IMG/VR virus record: IMGVR_UViG_3300027668_000010
Span: 1-64,000 of that record
DNA length: 64,000 nucleotides
Direction: 5' to 3' (one strand)
Source: a virus
Made by a program: the position numbers and the translations under genes. Positions 57,042 through 64,000 of this stretch are shown piece after piece; the first letter of the stretch is position 1, and every line of letters begins with the position of its first letter. The notes beneath the pieces were generated by a model. It searched no databases, was not told where the DNA came from, and saw only the letters and a list, made by a program, of their open reading frames with translations.

Positions 57042-57302
57042 ATGGCAAAGAAAAGTGGAAAGGTGATTGGTATGAACCAACCGCCACCTGCACCTAAAAT
57101 GCAGTTAGACCCAACAAAGTTGGACACCGTTCGTTGTGAAGAATGTGATGGTATATTCTTCAATGAGGTAACGATGTACAAAGTAGTTCCTGCAGTACAA
57201 GCACCTAATGGTCAGAAATCAATGTTACCTATTCCGGTACAACGATGTGCTGATTGTGGTAATGTATCAGAACAATTTTTACCAAAAGAGTTATTACCTT
57301 AA
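57042..57302 (+). CDS. Zinc-ribbon protein
   Basis: CEECD ... CADCG. Confidence 0.65.
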   Translation: MAKKSGKVIGMNQPPPAPKMQLDPTKLDTVRCEECDGIFFNEVTMYKVVPAVQAPNGQKSMLPIPVQRCADCGNVSEQFLPKELLP

Positions 57303-57757
57303 TGGCGAAAAAAGCAAGTACAGGTATAAAAGCAAAATCCATATTCGACCACCTTTCGGGAATTAAAGAAAAGAAAACATCTTGGGAATCTTTAACAGAT
57401 ATGGACAAGAAATCATTCAGCCCCTTTATAATCAACCGATGGTTAAGTATGAATATGGATTTGCTGCCTATTGTTAATATTCTCCAAAAGTACACAATCG
57501 GACTTCTATCTGCTAGAGATACCTACAAAGTATATTTAGATTTCCTACCTAATAAGAAAACGTTTGATAAATATATCAAAGGTAAATCTGATGGGAAATA
57601 TAATAAAGATATGTTAAAGTATCTATCTACTTGGTATGGTGTTTCTCAGAGAGAGGTTATCGATTATATGGAGCTCCTACCGAAGCAGGAGGTTTTGGAT
57701 ATATTAATGAAATACGGGTTAACAGATAAAGAAGCTAAAAAACTATTAAAAAAATGA
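57302..57757 (+). CDS. Clamp loader small subunit (gp62-like)
   Basis: FD.L..I...K, FSPFIINRWLSM, YGVS.RE..DY; near gp44-like gene. Confidence 0.7.
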   Translation: MAKKASTGIKAKSIFDHLSGIKEKKTSWESLTDMDKKSFSPFIINRWLSMNMDLLPIVNILQKYTIGLLSARDTYKVYLDFLPNKKTFDKYIKGKSDGKYNKDMLKYLSTWYGVSQREVIDYMELLPKQEVLDILMKYGLTDKEAKKLLKK

Positions 57758-58020
57758 TGAGAAATAAAAACGTATTAGTAGATATGCTGAGAACATCAGC
57801 AATGGCTGATAAAGCAAAAGCACTACTTTCATTAGATTTGTTGGAACATCGAGCCGTAGGGATTGGTGACCATTCAACTGATGATTTCTATAAAAACGCG
57901 GAGGAAGCTCTTATGTTATTGGTAGATGCAGATGATAGATTAACGGCATTGGATAAGTATTTTAATCCAAATACAATTTCCAACGATAGTAATGAAAGTA
58001 AAACTTGGTTAAATGGATAA
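57754..58020 (+). CDS. Hypothetical protein
   Basis: AKA.L.L..L....VGIGDHS. Confidence 0.6.
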   Translation: MMRNKNVLVDMLRTSAMADKAKALLSLDLLEHRAVGIGDHSTDDFYKNAEEALMLLVDADDRLTALDKYFNPNTISNDSNESKTWLNG

Positions 58021-58450
58021 TATTATATTAAAATTGGAGAATATTAAAGAATCAAAATCGAAAGTAGTTCATAGAGGTGAGAGAGAATACAAAGCCAATA
58101 TGGGTGATAAAACCCTAACTGCAATCCAACATTGTGAAGAAACATATCCTATAATGATGGAAGAGTACAAACGTATTATGTGGGACCAATATGAAACGTT
58201 TTGTAAGAAACAAAAAAATTATGGGCCGGGTAACATATCAGTAGGTACTCCCTTAGAAACGAAGGATGATATTAAATTATCATTAACTGGATTGTGGTTT
58301 AGAATGAATGATAAAATTCAAAGACTAAAACAATTAGTTGTATTAGGACATGATGATGAAGTAGGTGAATCTGTGCAAGATACATTTCAAGACTTATCGG
58401 TATATGGAATCATAGCTCAAATTGTTCAAAATAAAAAGTGGGGAAAGTAA
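58013..58450 (+). CDS. DUF1599 / nucleotide-modification-associated protein
   Basis: KKQ.NYG, R.NDKI.RL, ES..DT..DL..Y.II. Confidence 0.7.
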   Translation: MDNIILKLENIKESKSKVVHRGEREYKANMGDKTLTAIQHCEETYPIMMEEYKRIMWDQYETFCKKQKNYGPGNISVGTPLETKDDIKLSLTGLWFRMNDKIQRLKQLVVLGHDDEVGESVQDTFQDLSVYGIIAQIVQNKKWGK

Positions 58451-58451
58451 T

Positions 58452-59036
58452 ATGAAAAACTTATTAACATTAGTAGTATGTATATTGTTTACATACATAG
58501 GGTTTGGACAGAAAACAAAAACAATAGAAACTGATATATTTAAAATAGTATATTCAGAAAAGTATCAACAACCCCTTTCAGTAGAGTATGAGGTTCAATG
58601 TCCTAATGGGGATGCGAGTAGGAAGGGTATGAATTTCTATGGAGTTGATTCTGTAATAACATCAAACAACGCTGATTATAAAAACAATGTATGGGATAAA
58701 GGTCATATGGCACCTGCAGCTGCATTCAATTGTAATACACAACTATTAAGAGAAACATTCAGTTATCTTAATTGTGCACTACAACATCAAGGTTTAAATA
58801 GAGGCCCATGGAAAGAATTGGAAGCGTTTGAGAGAAGCTTAGCAAAAGTACATTCATTAGTTATTGTAATTATTACAATTCATTTTGATGATGAGATGGG
58901 GTTACTCCCAACTGATGCGAGAGTACCTACTGGATTTACAAAGAAAATATTCACAGGCTCTTCTGATTCACTCGTATTCCATTTTCCTAATAGTAATGTA
59001 GCCGGTGTAAATTGGTTGGAATTTCAAATAGATTAA
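58452..59036 (+). CDS. Exported DNA/RNA non-specific endonuclease (NucA/EndA family)
   Basis: Signal peptide MKNLLTLVVCILFTYIGFG-Q; DKGHMAPAA, TF.Y.N...Q...LNRG.W..LE. Confidence 0.88.
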   Translation: MKNLLTLVVCILFTYIGFGQKTKTIETDIFKIVYSEKYQQPLSVEYEVQCPNGDASRKGMNFYGVDSVITSNNADYKNNVWDKGHMAPAAAFNCNTQLLRETFSYLNCALQHQGLNRGPWKELEAFERSLAKVHSLVIVIITIHFDDEMGLLPTDARVPTGFTKKIFTGSSDSLVFHFPNSNVAGVNWLEFQID

Positions 59037-59055
59037 AAATATAATTGTTCATAAC

Positions 59056-59111
59056 TTAACAATTTGTTAACATTAAAAGCTTGGTAATACCAGGCTTTTT
59101 TTGTATATTTA
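59056..59111 (+). promoter_or_regulatory. Early promoter with TTAACA tandem; near copy of 34098-34162
   Basis: TTAACA 59056 and 59067; CTTG 59080-N20-TATATTTA 59104. Confidence 0.75.
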
Positions 59112-59151
59112 CATAGTAAGAAAGTTAAGAAATACTTAAACAATTAAAACT

Positions 59152-59370
59152 ATGAGTGAATTATATCAAGTAATTAGAACAACTGAGGGGTATGAAGAAC
59201 ATACAACCGATTTATCACATACTGATGCTGTGGAGTTAGTAACAGAATTAGAATCGTGTTTTGAAGGTGAACAATATGAAGTACACCCACAGATGGAAGC
59301 AACACCTGAGCGTGAGTATAGAACTATACCACATGGAGCAGCTGATGGTTGGGAAGATTTAAATTACTAA
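59152..59370 (+). CDS. Acidic hypothetical protein
   Basis: Glu-rich 72-aa ORF after promoter. Confidence 0.6.
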   Translation: MSELYQVIRTTEGYEEHTTDLSHTDAVELVTELESCFEGEQYEVHPQMEATPEREYRTIPHGAADGWEDLNY

Positions 59371-59409
59371 AAGTTTGGTAGTTCCAATAATAATTTGTAT
59401 ATTTACACT

Positions 59410-60357
59410 ATGAAAGAATCAAAGATAAGTAATGTGTTTACATTTGGGGTGAAAGAACCTAATGAGGGTGATGTTACGGTATCATATTCGCAATACACGC
59501 AATATGCGAATTGCCCACATCAATGGAAGTTGAATTATATGGATGGTAATCGTTCATTCGACCCATCAATCCATTTGGTATTTGGCACTGCAATGCACGA
59601 AACCTTACAAAGTTGGTTAGATACATTGTATAATAACTCAATTGAGGATGCATCTAAAATCGATTTAGGTAAGATGTTATACGAATGTATGTTAGTTGAA
59701 TACAAAAAGATGAGAGAACAGACTGGAGTAGAATTCAGTAACGCATCTCAGATGGAAGAGTTCTTAGAGGATGGTATCGCCATACTTGATGAAGTTACTA
59801 AGAATAGAGTTGATTACTTCAATACTCGTCATATGAACTTAGTAGCTATTGAATTACCAATATACCAAAAAGCAATGGAATCTCACAATGTTTATATGAG
59901 GGGGTTCTTAGATTTGGTATTCGAAGATACATACGAAAACAAACTACAGATTTGGGATATCAAAACATCTACGATGGGTTGGAACAAATGGCAGAAAGCT
60001 GATAAAACTAAAACAGCACAATTGGTGTTGTATAAGAAGTTCTTATCAGAACAATTCGGATATCCATTAGATAGAATTAGTACAAAGTATTTTATAGTAA
60101 AACGTAAGTTGATGGAAGGAATGATGTTTGCTCAGAAGAGAGTTCAAACATTCGAACCCGCAAACGGTAAACCGACACTAAATAAGATTACTAAGAGTTT
60201 TGAGGATTTCGTTAGAAATTCGTTCAATGAGGATGGTTCATATAGAACCAAATCGGAGTATCCTGCTATGGCAGGTAAGAACGGAAAATCATGCAAATAC
60301 TGTCCATTTAAAACTGACTACGAAAAGTGTCCGAAGGAGAATAGACATCGAGTTTAA
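59410..60357 (+). CDS. PD-(D/E)xK RecB/Cas4-like exonuclease
   Basis: SYSQ...Y..CP, FGTA.HE, E, GFLDL, DIKTS, QL.LY, C.YCPF...C. Confidence 0.85.
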   Translation: MKESKISNVFTFGVKEPNEGDVTVSYSQYTQYANCPHQWKLNYMDGNRSFDPSIHLVFGTAMHETLQSWLDTLYNNSIEDASKIDLGKMLYECMLVEYKKMREQTGVEFSNASQMEEFLEDGIAILDEVTKNRVDYFNTRHMNLVAIELPIYQKAMESHNVYMRGFLDLVFEDTYENKLQIWDIKTSTMGWNKWQKADKTKTAQLVLYKKFLSEQFGYPLDRISTKYFIVKRKLMEGMMFAQKRVQTFEPANGKPTLNKITKSFEDFVRNSFNEDGSYRTKSEYPAMAGKNGKSCKYCPFKTDYEKCPKENRHRV

Positions 60358-60377
60358 CAATAATTAAAAATTAAAAT

Positions 60378-60917
60378 ATGAAAAAGTTAATATTATTAAC
60401 AATACCCGTTATATTTGGATTAGGTAGTACAAACCCTCATATGGTGGAATCAGCAGATACATTAGAACTAACAAACGTTGAAATGAAGTTAGTTGAACCT
60501 GTATTTGTAACCCCAATATATACCTTAGATGTTGAATCATTAATTGAAGCGATGATTTGGGTTGAAAGTAGAGGAAATGATTCCGCATATTGCAAAAGAG
60601 AAGAAGCGGTAGGGTGTTTACAAATACGACCTATTATGTTACGGGAATGTAATCGTATATTAGGTATTCAGAAATCTGAATTAGAATACGCATTAGAGGA
60701 TAGGTGGAGTAGAGAGAAGTCGATTGAAATATTTCATATCGTAAATAGTTATCACAACAAAAATAATACATATGAAGCAATCGCACGGTCGTGGAATGGT
60801 GGGCCACAATGGATTAAAAAAAGTAATACAAAAAAATATTGGAGAAAAGTTAACCATCAACTCAAAAAACTCAAAAAAGAAAATGAATATAGTTCTAATA
60901 GGTTCGCCCAGCTATGA
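60378..60917 (+). CDS. Exported lysozyme-fold/lytic transglycosylase-like protein
   Basis: N-terminal hydrophobic signal; AMI.VES.G, A.GCLQI, WNGG. Confidence 0.75.
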   Translation: MKKLILLTIPVIFGLGSTNPHMVESADTLELTNVEMKLVEPVFVTPIYTLDVESLIEAMIWVESRGNDSAYCKREEAVGCLQIRPIMLRECNRILGIQKSELEYALEDRWSREKSIEIFHIVNSYHNKNNTYEAIARSWNGGPQWIKKSNTKKYWRKVNHQLKKLKKENEYSSNRFAQL

Positions 60918-61278
60918 AAACATCAGAAAGCTTAGAGATTTCCTGTTTACTATAAAGCAGAGGTTAGGTACGGATGTTAATATCATTACGCGGGGGAATA
61001 AAGATGGATGTGAAAAGTACATTCGGAAATATGCAATTGAGTTTGGATTCCGATATACTGAATACAACCCAGCAAGTACCAACAGAAATCTATATAGTGG
61101 AATGAGTAAGGAGTATTATGATAAACCATTTCATCCTACACAAACATTACATCAGTATGATTGTATTGTAAAGCACGCTGATAAAATGTTTTACTTTGGT
61201 GGTATAAAGCCATCCGAACAAAAGCACTTGGAGAGATTATTAAATAGATATAATAAAAAAGTAATGTATTTGGATTGA
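60883..61278 (+). CDS. SLOG/YspA-like nucleotide-binding protein
   Basis: I.LIGS, I.RG...G.E....YA; ATG 60883. Confidence 0.5.
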   Translation: MNIVLIGSPSYENIRKLRDFLFTIKQRLGTDVNIITRGNKDGCEKYIRKYAIEFGFRYTEYNPASTNRNLYSGMSKEYYDKPFHPTQTLHQYDCIVKHADKMFYFGGIKPSEQKHLERLLNRYNKKVMYLD

Positions 61279-61330
61279 TTAATTTCAATTACATATTTAT
61301 AGTAAACATATAAAAACAAGTTATAAAACA

Positions 61331-62728
61331 ATGAGTACAGAAAAAAAGAAACGCAAGATATTATTGCTATCAGATGATATGAGACTCCATAGTGGAATCG
61401 CTACAATGTCGAAGGAGATGGTTCTACATACAGTACACAAATACGATTGGATTCAAGTCGGAGCAGCTGTTAAACATCCTGATGCAGGAAAACTATTTGA
61501 TGTATCAGATTCAGTAGCAGCAGAAAGTGGTGTTAAGGATGCTAGTGTAAAGATTATCCCATTTAGTGGATATGGTAATCAAGAACTACTTAGACAATTA
61601 ATAGCATCAGAACGACCCGATGCTATATTACACTTTACAGACCCGAGGTTTTGGGAGTGGTTGTATGCTATGGAAGATGAAGTTCGTAGACACTGCCCTA
61701 TTATGTATTATAATATATGGGATGATTTACCAGACCCACAATGGAACGCTCCGTTCTATGCAAGTTGTGATTTACTAATGGGTATTTCAAAACAAACGTA
61801 TGGTATTAACCATAGGGTATTAGAAAAGTTTGGTGAGAAGTATGAAGATTGGCAGATAAAGTATGTACCACATGGTGTATCAGAAAAGTTCAAACCAATT
61901 CCAAAAGATTCAGTTGATTTCGGTAAAGTAACTGAATTAAAAAAGAAGCTGAATATTTCAGATAAGAAGTTCGTTGTGTTATATAACAATAGAAACATCC
62001 GTAGAAAGAACCCAGGTGATGTAATATTAGCATATAAAGAAATGTGTGATAGCATGACCGTTGATGAAGCTAAGGATTGTGTTTTATTATTACATACAAC
62101 ACCCATCGACTCTAATGGTACAGATATCCCTGCAGTAATTAAGGAATTATGTTCTGATTATGATGTGGTATTTACAAACGCTCAGTTCTCAACTGATGAA
62201 TTGAATGTATTATACAATATTGCTGATGTTACACTTAATATGGCATCCAATGAAGGATTCGGATTAGCAACTTGTGAATCAATGAAAGCAGGTACACCTA
62301 TTATAGTTAATGTAACAGGTGGTATGCAAGACCATTGTGGATTTACCAAAGATGGTAAGTTCATATCAGCTGATGATTATATAGAATTAGGGTCACTCCA
62401 CAACCACAAAAAACTTCCAGAGAATTTAGGATGGGGTAGATGGGTAAAGCCAATATGGCCTACAAATCGTTCATTACAAGGTTCTCCTATGACACCTTAT
62501 ATATTTGATGATAGGTGTTCATACGAAGATGCTGGTAAAGCATTAAAGCAATGGTATGATATGAGTGAAGAGACTCGTATCGAATGTGGATTAGAAGGTT
62601 CGGAGTTCGCAAATTCAGAAGAAAGTGGAATGAGTGCAAGAAATATGGGAGCGAGATTTATCGATTCCATTGAAGGTACATTTAAAAATTGGTCACCAAG
62701 AAACGAAATAAATTTATGGAAAATATAA
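61331..62728 (+). CDS. Glycosyltransferase (GT-B/GT4-like)
   Basis: SG.A, YVPHGV, NRN.RRK, LY..AD, NEGFGL..CES..AGTPII. Confidence 0.88.
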   Translation: MSTEKKKRKILLLSDDMRLHSGIATMSKEMVLHTVHKYDWIQVGAAVKHPDAGKLFDVSDSVAAESGVKDASVKIIPFSGYGNQELLRQLIASERPDAILHFTDPRFWEWLYAMEDEVRRHCPIMYYNIWDDLPDPQWNAPFYASCDLLMGISKQTYGINHRVLEKFGEKYEDWQIKYVPHGVSEKFKPIPKDSVDFGKVTELKKKLNISDKKFVVLYNNRNIRRKNPGDVILAYKEMCDSMTVDEAKDCVLLLHTTPIDSNGTDIPAVIKELCSDYDVVFTNAQFSTDELNVLYNIADVTLNMASNEGFGLATCESMKAGTPIIVNVTGGMQDHCGFTKDGKFISADDYIELGSLHNHKKLPENLGWGRWVKPIWPTNRSLQGSPMTPYIFDDRCSYEDAGKALKQWYDMSEETRIECGLEGSEFANSEESGMSARNMGARFIDSIEGTFKNWSPRNEINLWKI

Positions 62729-64000
62729 AGAAGTTATGTGTAGTAAGTGCGCCCGTTGCAACCCGAAGTGGTTATGGTGCACGTAGTAGAGATTTTGTAA
62801 GAGGTCTTATCAAATCAAAACCAGATTGGGATATTAAAATCCTTTCTCAGAGATGGGGAGCAACTCCAATGGATGCACTTAAAGAAGGTGAAGATAGTGA
62901 TTTATTAAATAGAATCATATTGGAGAAAATGGATACTAAACCAAATGTATGGATTCAAATTACTGTACCAAATGAGTTTCAATCAGTTGGTGATTATAAC
63001 ATTGGTGTTACTGCAGGTGTAGAAACAACAGTTATGCCACCTGAATGTTTAGAGGGTATTAATCGTATGGATTTAACATTAGTATCATCCAATTTTACTA
63101 AGGAGGTAATAATGAGTTCTACCTTTGATAAGAAGGATAAAGATTCAGGTCAACAAATAGGCCAGTTGAAGCTTGAAAAGCCGGTTGAGGTTCTATTTGA
63201 AGGTATCGATTTGGATATCTACAATGAAAAAGCAGCAACTGAACCTAGAATTGATAATGTTCTCAAAGATGTTACAGAGGAATTTGCGTTCCTATTTGTA
63301 GGACATTGGTTAAAGGGTGAATTCTTACAAGATAGAAAGAATGTAAGTGGTTTAATTTGGACATTCTTAAATCAGTTCAAAAATAAAAACAAAGTACCAG
63401 CATTAATTCTAAAAACATCATCAGGTTCTACTTCATTAGTAGATAGGGTTCATATTAAACAACAGATTGAACACATAAAGAATCATGTAAGAAAAGAAAC
63501 GGGTGCAAAGAAATTACCTAATATATACCTACTACATTCAGATTTAACAGATGCGGAAATGAACGCATTATACAATCACCCAAAAGTTAAAGCCCATACT
63601 TCTTTTACGAGAGGTGAAGGATTTGGAAGACCTTTATTAGAAGCTACTATTAGTGGTAAACCAATGGTTGTTAGTGGTTGGAGTGGTCATATGGACTTTA
63701 TGCAACCAACATTTGTTAATGTAATTAGTGGTAAGTTAGACAACGTTCATAATACAGCTGCTGATAAGTTCCTTCTTAAAGAAGGGCAGTGGTTCACAAT
63801 TGATTATAGTGCCGCTGGTTCATATATGGAAGGTATTTTCAAAAATTACAAAACACATTTGGAATTATCAAGAAAACATCGTAAGTTTACAAAAGATAAC
63901 TTTTCATTTGATAAGATGGTTGAATTAATGGGTACTCTAATAGATGAAACTAAGGTTGCCTCTAAACCACAGACTGTTGGTTTACAGTTACCTAAGTTGA
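62716..64000 (+). CDS. Second glycosyltransferase (GT-B); runs off the window end
   Basis: ATG 62716, open to end; SGYG..SRD, FLFVGHW, DRKN, RGEGFGRPLLEA, WSGH.DF. Confidence 0.85.
   Translation, partial: MENIKKLCVVSAPVATRSGYGARSRDFVRGLIKSKPDWDIKILSQRWGATPMDALKEGEDSDLLNRIILEKMDTKPNVWIQITVPNEFQSVGDYNIGVTAGVETTVMPPECLEGINRMDLTLVSSNFTKEVIMSSTFDKKDKDSGQQIGQLKLEKPVEVLFEGIDLDIYNEKAATEPRIDNVLKDVTEEFAFLFVGHWLKGEFLQDRKNVSGLIWTFLNQFKNKNKVPALILKTSSGSTSLVDRVHIKQQIEHIKNHVRKETGAKKLPNIYLLHSDLTDAEMNALYNHPKVKAHTSFTRGEGFGRPLLEATISGKPMVVSGWSGHMDFMQPTFVNVISGKLDNVHNTAADKFLLKEGQWFTIDYSAAGSYMEGIFKNYKTHLELSRKHRKFTKDNFSFDKMVELMGTLIDETKVASKPQTVGLQLPKL

Noticed and set aside
59410-60357. CRISPR-Cas adaptation module
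   Set aside because: Solo Cas4/RecB-like nuclease with no cas1/cas2 or array; common in phages
1-64000. Stop-codon reassignment or selenocysteine
   Set aside because: Conserved genes are intact in the standard code; TAG and TGA end genes at expected positions; thioredoxin has a normal WCGPC

Overview
A 64 kb, AT-rich segment of a large T4-like myophage. All credible genes are on the + strand and use the standard genetic code. The host is most likely Bacteroidota (Flavobacteriia-like), judged from Bacteroidota-type -33/-7 promoters, A-rich SD-less leaders, and DUF285/BspA and Hc1-like genes. Bases 1-34 kb are the late/virion module: ribosomal protein bS21, scaffold, major capsid protein, PhoH, a repeat-built fibre/LamG-lectin adhesin island, neck, sheath, tube, a gp26/gp51-like pair with a probable frameshift, tape measure and baseplate. 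Bases 34-64 kb are early/middle genes: small accessory ORFs, a compact family-A polymerase, SSB, RecA, 5'-3' exonuclease, helicase, RNR, thioredoxin, Mom-like and DUF4338 GNAT-type proteins, family-B polymerase, clamp and clamp loader, nucleases, a transglycosylase and glycosyltransferases. The strongest candidate for a new system is a translational switch. The major late genes carry Shine-Dalgarno sequences, while most replication genes and the phage bS21 gene itself lack them, and the phage bS21 appears to lack the Tyr that helps hide the anti-SD in Bacteroidota ribosomes. Other leads are a recombining LamG cassette island with a visible deletion scar and 31-bp flanking repeats, two GNAT-type DNA-modifier candidates inside the replisome cluster, a promoter-driven structured ncRNA candidate, and a multi-class promoter architecture. 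Product calls come from motif recognition and synteny only; no database search was run.
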